Source of the DNA: Guillardia theta CCMP2712 | Lineage: Eukaryota; Protista; Cryptophyta | Assembly (NCBI RefSeq): GCF_000315625.1 | Contig: NW_005434546.1 | Location: 45,943 to 102,583, forward strand | Length of the DNA stretch: 56,641 nucleotides | Direction: 5' to 3' | Part shown: in pieces, positions 35,517-48,162 of the stretch | Position numbering within the stretch: the stretch's first letter is position 1 | How the letters are laid out: each line of letters opens with the position of its first letter | Notes under the pieces: model-generated | What the model was told of the DNA's origin: nothing | The model's input: only the letters and a program-made list of their open reading frames with translations | Databases searched by the model: none | Made by a program: the position numbers and the translations under genes

Positions 35517-38449
35517 ATGAGGTTTTACCGCACCATGCGAGCATGGGGGATTCTGACCACAGTGTTGCTCGCCGACGTCATGGTAGCAGAGGGGCTGGTG
35601 GCAAGAGAGGACATGCGATATGGCCGCCATATCCTGAGTGCTCCCCTCAAAAACATGCCGCAAGCAGGTGCCAATGAGTGTCAGCGTCCTTGTCGTCAGG
35701 GTGATTGGCAGGTGCGCGCGTTCCCACACGGAGTTGTTGGAGGAAGGAGGAAGATGCCGTAGAAGGTGATGTGTTTCCGGCTTCTGTATATAGAGTTGAA
35801 AGATAGCTTAATGCAGGTGCCGTAGAGTTCGTCCCTCCCCTGAGCTCGAAAGAAGCTCTTAGAGGAGGAGGAGGAGGGGCGACGGTCTCGTTCGAGATGG
35901 GGCCGACGATGCTGGTGGCGACATTCACCATGTGCAACCTCCTCAACTACATTGACAGAGGGTGAGATGCTGAAGCTCCTGACTCCTCTCAAATCTTTTA
36001 GTCGTGTTGATTCCTCTCGCTCTCTCTCAGATGTTTTTTCCCTGTTGATCTCTTGGCATCCTCTAAAGTCTGACTGCAGGTTGGTGAGCGGGGTGCTCCC
36101 GAGGATAGGAGAGGATTTCGACGTGTCCAAGACTTCACTCGGTCTCTTGACGGGATCGTTCATGGGTGGATACTGCCTTCTCAGCCCTGTCTTTGCCCTC
36201 TGCTCAACTATGTTCCCTCCCTTCACGTTGATCGGCGTCGGGCTTGTTGTCTGGCAAATATCTGCCGTGATGTCGGCATACTCCCGCAGCTTCCGCGTCC
36301 TCCTCCTTGCTCGCCTCTTGAGTGGCATCGGTGAGGCTTCTTTCCAAGCCATCGCCCCTCCCTTCCTCGACGATGTAGCAGGAGAGAACAGCAAAGGTCT
36401 GTCCTTGAAATGCGGCGCCTTGCACTGACATGCACGCTGCGCAGGCGTGCTATTGGCGGTGTTTTACTGCGCCATTCCTGTTGGCACAGCGCTTGGCTAC
36501 ATCTATGGAGGATACATGGAAAAATTCTCGAGGTGCTTCTTCGTTTTCATCTCATCTTCTGAACCTGAACCCTTCAAAAGCTGGAGGACCGCGTTTCTGC
36601 TATTGGCTGCCCTCATGACGCCTTTCTCTCTCTCCTCTTTCTTCGTCTCGAACAAAATCACGGAGAAGGTGTCGGAGGAGAAGGCCACAAAGAAATCCTC
36701 CCTCAAGTTGGACTAGCTTTGCTAGAGACAATGATTCTGACATGTCCGGTAGAACCATCTCGGGTCTCTTCCGCAACAGCGTGTGGCTCACTGCCGCTCT
36801 TGGATATGCCGCATGGACTTTCACCATCGGGGCCTTTGGGGTCTGGGGCCCGACATTTATCCACAAGGTTGTTGCGATGTTGTCTTCCTTTGCTTGTCTT
36901 CCCTTTTCCTACTTTTCTCCTCACTCCTGCACGCTTTCTCCCCGTGTCGTTGTTTCCATTGATGCCCCAAGTTTCCATCATTCGTTCTTCTCTCCCATGT
37001 CTCCTAGTTCTTTGTTTTGATCAAGTTTCTGACTGCTCCTACCCTTCCCCTCCTCCTTGTTCTCGTCCTCCTTCCTGCCTCCTTCAGGAGTTCAACCTTC
37101 CGATGGAGTTGGCTGACCTTCAGTTCGGTGCGATCACAGTATGCATGGGACTTCTTGGGACTGCCATTGGCGGCGTCCTGCTTGATACTCTCACCCGCCG
37201 AATGGGCTCCGATGTGGCAACTGCCAGCCTCTTGCTTGTTGGAGGTCTGACTGCACTATCCATCCCCTTTCTCGTTGGAGCTTTCCTTCTCTCGTCAAGG
37301 TGAGGGGCTAATATGAGTGAGTGAGTGAGTGAGTGAGTGAGTGAGTGAGTGAGTGAGTGAGTGAGTGAGTGAGTGAGTGAGGGAGGGAGGGAGGGAGGGA
37401 GGGAGGGAGGGAGGGAGGGAGTGAGTGAGTGAGTGAGTGAGTGAGTGAGTGAGTGAGAAAGAGGAGGAGAAGAAGGTGGTGTCGGTGGTGGTAGTGGTGG
37501 TGGTGAGGGAGGAAAGGGAGGAGAGGGAGGAGGAGGAGGAGGAGGAGGAGGGACAAGGTCATAGGGCGTCCTAATTGCATTTGCAGGTCGTTGTTCTACA
37601 TGGGAATGATCTTTGGGGAACTGTTGCTGTTTGCCACAACCTCTCCTGTAAACGGGGTCTTCCTGTGGTGTGTTCCTCCTGCCGATCGGAGCATTTCCAT
37701 GGTGACTTCTCAGTGTTGTCGGGCCTCTTCCTTTCCAGTTCTTTTTCAGGCTGTGTTATCCCTTCTTCCTCTATTCTATTTTCTCTTGGCTTTCTTTTGT
37801 TCGCACGCTTTCCCTTCCCTAACCACTTCTGATTCATGATTTGCTTCCTGTCACCTGAACGTGAAATCCCTTTTTTGTTACAATCCACTTGAGACTCCCT
37901 GTTATCCTTTTGAACCCAGGAAGAACCATTTATCCTCTTCTTCTCCTTCCCCCCTTCTCTTTCTCTGTTGTAAGGGTTCTACAGGCTGTGGCCAACATCA
38001 TGATTCATGTTCTCGGGGATGTGATTAGCCCCGTCGCGGCAGGAGCTGCCTGGCAGGTGATGCGTTGTGTTTCTCTCGCTGTGTGCTGTTTCCCTGTGTT
38101 ATTTCAAACATGCATCGTCCCTGACTTCATTCTTCTTTTTGTCTGTCTCAACACTCCTGTCTTGTTTTATTGTCTCTCTTCTCCGTCTTGCCCTGGTCTC
38201 CTCTAACTCTCGTCCTCCCTTTGCATACACTCTTTTTCCTTCGTGCCTGAAAAACATTTTCATGATCTAATGTTGCAGTATACGGGGAGCGGCAAGCTCA
38301 CCATGGCAGCGGTTAGCGGCTGGCTAACATGGGCGGTAAGTTTGAAGAGGAAGCGTCTTAGTGACACATGCTGAAATACTGAGCTCCAGGTATTGTTCTG
38401 GCTTTATTCCGCGTTTCTTTCCAGTAATAGGACAAAGTCTGTGAGATAA
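35517..38449 (+). CDS. Spinster-family MFS transporter with N-terminal leader, multi-exon
   Basis: TFTMCNLLNYIDRG; ARLLSGIGEASFQAIAPPFLDD; LAVFYCAIPVGTALGYIYGG; TFTIGAFGVWGP; ANIMIHVLGDVISP; ends VLFWLYSAFLSSNRTKSVR*. Confidence 0.9.
37315..37456. repeat. Compound (GAGT)n(GAGG)n(GAGT)n microsatellite in an intron
   Basis: Read directly from the sequence. Confidence 0.95.
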
Positions 38450-41067
38450 TGTAGAGTACACGCAAGATCGCAAGAAATGGTTTGCAGGCAAGAGATCTCA
38501 AGAAGAGAACAGTCGATGGTGGATGCTTGTGGCTGCTGCGGCTATTCCAAACCATCCTATCAACCCTCCAGCAATCACGTCGGATACCTGCCGTAGGATC
38601 AGACTCGCCCCATTCTACCTCAGGCTGACATAGTGTCTTCCCAGCGAGATCCTGCTCAGTCCTACCAAACTTGCCCATCCAGAGAGATACAGCACGCTGC
38701 TCGCGCGCTCCGTGTCAGGGGAGAGCGACGGTTGCAAGGGCAAATCTCTGACATACTTGTAATGGGGGAGCAAAATCCTTGCAAGCGCCCACGTCCTCGT
38801 CGCATGCCCGGAGGGGAAAGAATGCCTTCGTCAAGCAGTGAGCAGGGAAACATCGACCATCAAGTGCACTTGTCTGGTCCCACGAATCTTGAGTCTGTCT
38901 TGTGGTGGGGAGGTCGTTTCCGCTTAACCAGCATCTTCAGCGTCGCTATGGTTGCGAGGTCCGCAGCCTGCCATCATGTTAGTCTGCAGCCATCGGGAGG
39001 ATCCAAGGTAGACCAGACAGACAGAGACCGTGGAGGTGAGGAGCTCATTCATGGCCTTTACCTCACCCCGCCTGCACTCGTCTCACACAACTTGTGTACA
39101 ACTCGCTTTGCACTCACATGTACGAGACAGCCGGTAGCAGGATGAACCAAAATACCCCGTCTCCTGATAGAGAGACAAACTCCCAGCACCAGAATCTCCA
39201 TCTCTCCTTCCCCTGCGTCCTAGAATCATTATCCATCACAACAGGTATCGCCTCCACTAATCAACATGAAGACTGCAATACGTTTAGTTCTGCTGTTGAT
39301 CATTATCCAATTCCACATCTGCCCACCTCTGCCCAAGGCTCATGCCATTTCGAGACAACATTGATCCCCCGGCACGTCGATTCATAACCATTGTCCTAGT
39401 CTTACAACCATCCGAATAACTCCCGCAAAGAATCATCACACAGTCCTCAAACATAAGCCACATCATGTTGCTTTTCCTTGCTCTGATGGATCTCATTGCT
39501 CAAATCGAACACACGTCAAACCACACACATGTCATATCACAGACATCTATACCATATCGGTCTTCTCACATCGCACACATTTCACCTCTCCTCCTAGCGT
39601 CTTGTAGATCTTTGTCGACCATCGTAGATCCTGCGCCGCCCACGACTGCATGTCCGATAATTTCGCACTTCCGAGCGCGCCTCGACCGGAATATTCCAAG
39701 TATGTCTGTGCAGGTGAGTACGATGGGTACTTAAATGAGTCAAAGTAGGGGTACTAATCCATATGTACGTCGTTGGAGAACTGGGCTGCTCCGGGTAGAC
39801 AAGCTAGAGGGATAGGTAGCGAAAAAGGCAGAAATGTTTGATTACTCCTCGTTCTAGTGTAAGGTTGTCTGTGACCTCAACCTCCATATTTCAAATGGTC
39901 CAATAGAGTTCAACTCTTTTTTCTCTGTATTTCCAAATTTTGAGGAACAATTGAAAGTTACCATGTGGTGGAGAGGTTAGAAGGATCGCCCAATCCCATA
40001 TGCGCCTCTCTGGACGTGGTAACGTGGTACGAACCTTTGAGAGAAGAAGTTTGCGTACTTTCCCTTCGAAAGTTCTATACAAGATGCTGAAGCGATGACC
40101 TTTGGAGAAATGGGATGATGGTGACAACCGATCATGGAGCAATCTTCCTCAAGAGAAGTGTTTTCAGAAATTTAAAATCATTCAGTACAGTTCGAGCTTG
40201 TCATCTGAGATTTACCCCTACCCCCATATGTACGATAGAAACTTTTATGACCCGTATTTTATCTGGAAATTGAACCGGTGAAAAGTACCCCCAAACTACC
40301 CAAATCCCAACCCCTGGGTAACCATCAGCTCAGAAAGAGCAATTTGGTGACCCCTTGGAACCATCGACAACCAGGCCTGAGGGTCAGACATTTATCAATT
40401 GCAGTCTTACTTGCGTGGCCTAGTCTCGATGGGTGCTGATTGACCGCAAGTCCAAAGCACCCCTACCCCTGCCGGTATCACACATACCAAACATATGTTT
40501 TCCAATATTTAACAAAGTTTTAGGAGTGCTAAATTGCATTTTAGACATGTTGGCATGTGGCTAAAGAAAATCTATTCCACTTAATGAAATAATAAGTTTG
40601 TATTATGTAAATTTGGTAGAAATGAAATGGAATAGTAGATTTTGGGTACTATATTTACAACCTTTTTTGCGATTGAAAGCCAACCAGCGGAGGAAGTGAG
40701 AGCTGGTGATGGCAGAAGTGAAATTGCAAGGAGCCGCGCAATGGTAAGATGACGGTGAACGATTCCTCCTGCCCATCCTCCTCTGCTCAGCCCAGATTGT
40801 ATAAATGGGTGTGGCATGCCCTTTCATGCTGGATAAACTTGCGCCATGGGAATGGGGGGTGCCCGGGGTTATGTATGACGAGGAGGAGGCAGAAACTGTG
40901 ACTGATTGAGGAGGCATCTTAGGGCCTTCGCTCCCCTTGCGCCTCCCTCCCCTTTCCCTCCTTTCTGTCTTCTAATCTACTGCATACTCGTGTGCTGCCA
41001 TTTGAATTGTTTCGTTTGCAGATTTTTTGATGTGCCACCACGACAAGTTAGCAGAGAATACAGAGAT

Positions 41068-42776
41068 ATGATCGAAGACAACATCATGAAAAAGATAGAA
41101 TCCCCGGACCAACAATTCAACAAGTTTGACGATGAAGCGGCAGCGTTAAATGGGATGATATATCGCGGGGGCAGCGACGCTCACTCCATAGAGGATGACC
41201 CAGAGCATATCGACATTGAGAGGTACTTCAGAACCTTGATCATGGGAAGCAGAGACGAAGGTAGGAGACCTGATATACCCCAGCAGCCCGAAAGCAGTCC
41301 TGCCAGCAGGTCAACCTCTTCAGCACAACCACAGTGGGTTTTTGATCCTCTAGAAAGAATTCCGAGTGCGCCAAGCGTCCTCTTTCATCCCCAGCAACCT
41401 CTCAGTTTCGATTCAAACGTGTTTGCTCTTCGGACTCAGTCGACCTCGTCCACGAGGACCAGCACGTCGGAGACAAAACGTCCAAGAAGAGCTGCGTCTG
41501 GCAACGATGGCTCGGAGGTGTGGGACTCAGGGTTGGACGGAGATGACAAGCCAACACGGGCTCAGCGACGAACGGCAAGAAGGCAGAAAGAACGAGACCT
41601 CGTGAAATCCCTAGACGCCTTGATCCCTCCTGCAGGTATGAAAGTTTGCAGTATGATGGCGAGTGCGGATAGAGTTTGACTATTTGTGCTTCCAGCCAAA
41701 TCCGAACAGGTCAAAGGGGTTGGGACCAGGGCTCTGGGAGAGTCAGGACGCTCGCAACTCACTGTCTTGAAGGATACCGCCGACTTTTTGAGGCTGATGA
41801 AGCACGATGGTTTAGAACGACAGGGTGCAGGCTCTCCGGATCACAAAAAAGCTAAGGAGCATGGCAATGATGTCAAAGTTTCCAAAGAAGACATTGTGTC
41901 AGGTTTAGCTCTCCAAGATTGTGAGTCGTTTGTGTAGTTTAATGCAAGGACAGGCTTGCTGGCAAGCAACACGCTATTATGCGTTCTTTTGGAATTGCCT
42001 ACATGGAGAATACGGTAAAGGAGTATTGCACCAGCCAACTCATGTCTGTATGTTCGATTCTGTCGATGAGCAGATGTATTTATGGCAAACTTTGTTTACA
42101 TGTCCGCTCGTTGATCCCTTTGCGGCTGCTGGATTACGCATGTTGTTCTTCCCTATTTTGTTGTAGATCTCGATGAAGAATTGACGCTGAATTTCAGGCA
42201 TATTAACGAAGGTTTTCGTGATCTGCTTGGACTTGAAAAGGACGAGGAGAAGCAAAACGTTGTCAGCCTTCTAGATTTTATAGTCCAATCGGATGTCAAC
42301 CATCTGCAAAACTTTGAACGCGAACTCCTTCTTCAGACTAAGACCGCCAGCAGGTAAGAAACGTGCGATCATAGAACGTGTTTCTTACTCGGTGTTCCAG
42401 TATGTCTGTTTCCTTCAGACTGTCTGGACAACGCGCCGATGGTAGCAACCAGATGGAGGCGAAGAGAAACTCAAAGACCAAGATGTCGATGAGAGAAGAT
42501 GCTGAGGAAGACAAGGCCGAAGGTAGCCCGAGTGGCTCCTGTGACTCAGCAAACGAGGACAAGCACAGCCTCTCCATGGGCGTCGTCTGGACTTCGCGAC
42601 TGGCTGCGTTGAACGCAGAGAACAACTTCTACCGCAGCTTGCTGCTGGTGGGAACGAGACCAGCAGGCATCGAGGGCTGGCCGCAGATGCTGAAAGTTTC
42701 TCACTAATTTTCTCTCTGTGCTTCACCCTTCAAGCTGATAAGCTTTTGTCTTGCCAAACTGCAGGTTCTTTCCTAG
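41068..42776 (+). CDS. bHLH-like transcription factor with a possible PAS-like domain, multi-exon (ends approximate)
   Basis: Basic region and helix 1 RAQRRTARRQKERDLVKSLDALIP; helix 2 RSQLTVLKDTADFLRLM; later FRHINEGFRDLLG..SLLDFIVQSDVNHL resembles PAS (N..F..LLG ... DFI...D). Confidence 0.6.
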
Positions 42777-43298
42777 TTCGAAGAAACATATACGAATGCA
42801 AACTGAAAAACAAATAAACATTTGCGTGTGGAGCAGAAGGGAAGGTTAATGACTGAGAACACCAACTACAGTGTGTTGCAACTGAACAGTGGCAAGAGAA
42901 CGAGGGGATACCCCAGTAAGAGAAAGTCCCTGAGAGACCGTACTCTAGATCAGCCGCTTGACTGAGTCGGTGATCCAGGGTTCGGAAGTTCATGCTGATT
43001 GGAAGGGGGCGCAAAGAGGCCGCGGGAGGGAGTCAAACTCTGCTGCAGATCAGCAGGGAGTTTGAAGCAAGTTGAGCAGCAGACAAGAAGCTCAGCCGCT
43101 GAGCTGCTCTTCTCACAAAAAATCTCTTGAATGATTCACCACAATACTCATTTGTAGAGTCGGGCCAGTAGTCTCCGAAAGTTTACTCAAAGTTCAGGTA
43201 AAAATCAGTACGAGTAGTCCTTGGCTTTGCTGGATCCTATACAGGTAGGGTAGTAGAGGGTATGAATAGGGGTAGGTGGTTTGAATGGGCGCTCCATC

Positions 43299-44167
43299 AT
43301 GAGGGGGACGGTGATCCTGCTGAGCGCGATGGCAATGGTTGTTCGAACCGCACACGCATTCCTCGCCTCCCCCTGCTCTCTTGGTTTCGATGCTTGTCGT
43401 CTGAGAGCAGGGAGTGTCAGGCGCCTAGGAAGCGGGGGGGGCATCAGCATGCTCAGAATGCAGGAGAAGAAGAGGCTGGTATCTTCCGATCCCTATAAAG
43501 TGTTGGGAGTCAACAGGAATGCCGATGCGTCAGAGATCAGGTAAATTTGCCATGTATGCTGGGGTGTGACGTATGCTCTAACCACTGTGTCCAGGAACGC
43601 CTACGATACATTGGTCAACCTTTATCATCCAGATGTTGCAGGAGACGACTTGGCTGCAGCCCAGAAATTTTCTGAGATCTCGAACGCGTATTACAGAGCT
43701 TGTCAATGTTGATGCTAGTCGTGACCGTTCTCTTCTGTTAAGATACGAAGTCATCGGTGATGAGAAGCTGAGGAGATCGTACGACAAGGCGTGGCTGGAG
43801 GCGAGGACAGCAAGGTCCACGGATGCAACCAGGTTTTCAACTATCCTTGCTGTGCACCCTTATTTGGACCTTACCCACTTCCTACAGATACTCGGAGAGA
43901 GAGAACCGGGCACAGACTTTGACTATCCTGATCGCGGGCTTCATCGCAGGGGCTCCTGTAAGATCGTCTTGCGGGATCTGCTACAACTGACGGCTTCGTT
44001 GCCGCACAACTCGTACAGGTCATCATACCGCTCGTCCTGGCCAAGATGTGTGTCGAGCCATTTGCGTCAACTATCAAATCACTGTGAGTTGCAGTACTGC
44101 AGTCTTAGCCTGACCATCCAGTCTCTGACCACAGTGACACTGTGACAGGTCTACAGCTTGTATCTGA
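43299..44167 (+). CDS. Plastid-targeted J-domain (DnaJ) protein with C-terminal hydrophobic segment, multi-exon
   Basis: Signal peptide ending AHA-F followed by an R/S-rich transit peptide; DPYKVLGVNRNADASEIR|NAYDTLVNLYHPDV..FSEISNA|YEVIGDEKLRRSYD with the HPD motif intact. Confidence 0.9.
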
Positions 44168-44224
44168 CTCAGTGCCATCAGGAACTGTACTAGTATGAAA
44201 CTCAATCAATTAAAACTGAGTGGG

Positions 44225-44840
44225 ACCGGCGGCGCTCCACGTGACCAGATGACCGTCACGCCGTTACCATCTGTGTGATAAATGCCTCATGCAAGGCCCG
44301 GCTACTACGCCGGTACCGGGTGGGCCGCCGTACACGGTCGGCGTACGGCGCCGATCCGGTGGCAACGCCCCCGCCGGTGGCCGGCCCCCGGCCGTGACGG
44401 TGCCGCTCAGCGAGGCCGCCGCACTGGGCATGATTCGGACCGGGCGATGGGCCTGAAAGCCTTCTGACTCCCGTCCGGAGCCACGGTCCGGCGAGTCGCC
44501 GGTACGACGGTCCGGCCGGCCCGCGCGGCGGCCGCCGGACCGTACCCGGACGGCTGTCGGAGCGGAGTGGCGACAGGCCCGCGGCCGCGGCCGCGGCGCG
44601 GCGGCCGCATGAAGTTGCCGGAGTCGATCGGAGTTGCGCCTGGCCGGCCCTCAGTGGCCGCGGCCCCGCCGGCCCACGGTGCGCCGGTCCGACGGCGCCG
44701 ACTCAGCGGGGTTTAGGCTATAAGCGAACGGGGTGACTCGCCATCATGGCATGGCCCGGCGGCGGCCAGTGCCGGGCGGGCCGCCGGGCCGGGCCGGACG
44801 GTGGCACGGTGGCGCGCCGCGGCGCCGAGTAGCCCGGGAA
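44225..44840. other. GC-rich micro-palindrome island upstream of the 44895 gene
   Basis: Includes the 18-bp palindrome CCGCGGCCGCGGCCGCGG at 44579-44596. Confidence 0.8.
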
Positions 44841-44894
44841 CGGAACTTAGAAAAATAACGACTATTATAACAGACTCCAAAGTGGCGCTTCGAC

Positions 44895-45329
44895 ATGGTC
44901 AAGCGATGGTACATGGTAGGGATGGCGATGGCGCTGTCATGGTTGATGCTGGTTAGGATCATTAGTTTCAAGAAGTCAGAGACATCCGCTCTGCTGCAAG
45001 TTGGTGCGCATGCCAAGGGAGCTGTGCGAAGATGCGATGCCTTCTGCGAGAAGAAGTGGAAGGAGCACCTGGCGACTGTCCGTGAGGAACTGAGGAGGAA
45101 GCATGCTGCGGCGATCAAGAATGGGGCCCAGCTATCGCACATCTCTTTGTCAGAGACAGCTGGACCTGCTCAGAGTCAGAAACTGAACCTCAAGGTTGCT
45201 CCAGCCAGAAATCCAACCGGAAGGTACCGCAACAAAGTGTTGCAGAAGCAGGACAATTTCTGGAAGCGTATCGGATATGGTGCTAAGAAGATGGTGAAGC
45301 CCAATTGTAAATTATTCGATGATTGCTGA
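44895..45329 (+). CDS. Small hypothetical protein with N-terminal hydrophobic (signal or TM) segment
   Basis: 144-aa single ORF directly after a GC island; [19 protein letters not shown]. Confidence 0.6.
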   Translation: MVKRWYMVGMAMALSWLMLVRIISFKKSETSALLQVGAHAKGAVRRCDAFCEKKWKEHLATVREELRRKHAAAIKNGAQLSHISLSETAGPAQSQKLNLKVAPARNPTGRYRNKVLQKQDNFWKRIGYGAKKMVKPNCKLFDDC

Positions 45330-46347
45330 GTGTGATGCATTGATGCATTCTATGGTCTCGTCTGAATCTTCAAAGATGTGTGTCTACAAGTCTCGGTTGA
45401 TTTTTCGCAGCAAGAGGCCACGGCTAACATAGTTGAATAAATGCAAGCTTCTCACGAATGTTAGAGTTCTCAGACATGTAGATGAACTTGTCTAGATAAA
45501 CGTGTGTAGGTGAACGAGATCCCCACGCATGCACCTCGTCGTTTTACTGTGGATCTCGATGAAACAGTGCGAATATCACTGAAAACGAAACACAAGGGCA
45601 TTGATAGTACATCAGTAGTCTCTACGGTGAAGAGAGTATGGCGAGTAAGGATATGGCAAACAGAGGATTCTCCCTGAAACATGACGAAGAAGTGACAAAT
45701 CATTTCTTTGCTTTCGCAAACAGATGGTCTTGTTGATACACGGACGTTTGTATCGTTCCTGAAAACTTCACAGATGCGTTATCATCTTCATCAACTACGA
45801 GTCATTAATTCGATCAGCGTGATGTTGCCGAGTTCATGAAACATCAAGACTATGATAAAGATTCCAGATGTAGATATGAAAACCTAGTGCGTATGCATCG
45901 ATGCGACTGCTGGGAAGATTCCCACCACGAACATCAAATTGACCCAAACAACTACAAAGACCACACGATGATGAGTTGGTTTCATCCAATACATTCTAAG
46001 CCTTTGATGTGGTCAAGCTTCACTTAGGATCATTGCATGTCATCTTGGTGTTGTATTGATGGCTAGAAAAGCAGATACAGCGCAACGTTTTAGGCATATC
46101 TCGTTGAGATTCGATCGAATCATACACTGCGTGTTTTTCAACTCTTTTGACTTTGCGTTGGCAGATGGATGTAGACCATGCCAAGGCGAGATATGTCTTA
46201 TCCCGTTCAGGTTCTGATGACAATGCTTTCTGCCAAGTACCCCGACTGTGAGTTGCCGCAGTCAAAATCCTTGTGTTCCGTCAGATGTTGAATCATGCGA
46301 TTGTTTCGTGACTCTCGATCGCATAAATAAAAGCGATATCACTGCAT

Positions 46348-46391
46348 GTAGCAGTGTATTGGAAACAAGTAGCAGTGTATTGGAAACAAGT
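46348..46391. repeat. 21-bp tandem duplication
   Basis: GTAGCAGTGTATTGGAAACAA occurs twice in tandem. Confidence 0.9.
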
Positions 46392-47237
46392 ATATGTGCA
46401 TCATGCCGTCAGCTGTAAGGTCCTTTATGCCAACCATTCGGCAGTCGCATCTCACAGTCTTGACTAGCAGGAGACGGCATCGTATTTCTTCCAGCATGGC
46501 TCATGGTGCATGCTTGTACACACGCAAGGACTTGGTCAGAACACCTCTCAGCTCTCCACTCGCGCCATGGACTTGTTACGCCTCTTACCTGTAAAGAAGT
46601 CCTATGCCTCCCATAACCAGACACCGAGGCGGGCTGTGAGATCGTAGTTCGATATTCTAGACCAGTCGGATATAAAACTCTTGATACTCCTTCGGGTATT
46701 CACCCCGTGCTTATCGTATCCACCGAAGAGGGTAAATTATAAGGGTCATCTGTTCCTGGATTTCAGTTAGTGGGACGCTAGAGAAATCGATGACCTCTGC
46801 TGGTATTGTTAAGCCTTTATTTGACCGATCTATCAGAAGCTTCTGGAATCGCTGATAAAACTTCCCTTGTAGAAGCTTACAGATCGAAACGGGACGGAGA
46901 ACGAAAAGACCTCTTTTCAAATCCTTTTTGGCCTCACGCACCGACTCCGGTCTTTAACTACTTTTTCCGCTCTCCCTGCAATCAGACCTCCTCTCCTCTC
47001 CTCTCCTCCTCCTTACCGCTCCTCCTCTCCTCGTGTCCTTTAATCCATCGTCCAACTCAAGCTCACCCTGCTCATCTCTTTTCTCTTCTGCTCATCTCTT
47101 TTCTCTCCTGCTCATCTCTTTTCTGGCTTTCTTGCACCCCTCCCATCAAGCTCTTCGATCAACTTGTCCCAGGAACTCATCCAGAAAATCGTGTCAGGAT
47201 CAAATTTGCTACGCTAATAAGGACCATTGCTTGATTG

Positions 47238-47785
47238 ATGAGAATGGATTTCTTCGTTCCTGGTAAGTGCACTGGTGCTGCAAGAAATCTTGGTCTGACC
47301 TGGATTGTTGTTTCAGTGCGACCTGCAGTCTTGCGTGGAGCAGCATTGCCTAGTTTTCATGACTGGAAGCTCGTCGACACCTCCGCCTCGACCACCCAGG
47401 GTATAGCAAGCTTGCCTAAGAAAGTTCGCCTCCTCCCACGAAGGAAAAGAAGATCATCAGTCGAATCTCCCAAGGAAGTTGTACTAGGGATGGACCAGAT
47501 CTCTTCACTCTTCCACCTCCCACAGTGCGAAGCTGCACAACAAATGGTACATGGACACTTGAATCGATCCCGCAGCATTCTGACTTGTTGTTGTTCCTCT
47601 AGGGGATATCCCTCTCTGCACTCAAGAATGTTTGCCGCAAAGTCGGTCTCGACAAGTGGCCTTACAAGAGAAAGTACTCGTCGACCAAAGGAGCGCAGAA
47701 TTGTTTGAAGCAAGCAGATATGTCTCTCTTTGACGAGGCCTTAGAGCATGTGCAAGGGAAACTCGAGAATTCATTTGACTTTTAA
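47238..47785 (+). CDS. RWP-RK domain transcription factor (gene 3), introns 47263-47316 and 47547-47602
   Basis: VVLGMDQISSLFHLPQCEAAQQM|GISLSALKNVCRKVGLDKWPYKRK..SLFDEALEHV. Confidence 0.92.
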
Positions 47786-48162
47786 ACAACCTCTATTGAT
47801 CAGGCTGATATCTTCACTCTAGAAATGTGTATAACTGTCTTCTAAACGTACTTTACCTCCGAAATTCTCTTGTCGAATTTTCCGCATGTCCCGAATTGAT
47901 TATCCCAGCCTTTGTAGGAAAGGGAAGAAAATCTGGTTCGAAATGCTCACAACACGGTTTTACACTCTAATGTGTGGGAATGGATCTTGTTGCATCATCG
48001 ATATTTGAAAATGTACTTTTCATGCAGCTCATACTATTCAGAATCCGGACAAGTACTTGACAAAACATCATGGTGAACGACGCTGATTCGCTTTTCAGTT
48101 GAGATTTCTGAAGGATGATCATAGCTTTAATGTGGAAGCTGAAATGTCGTCATTAGACATGC

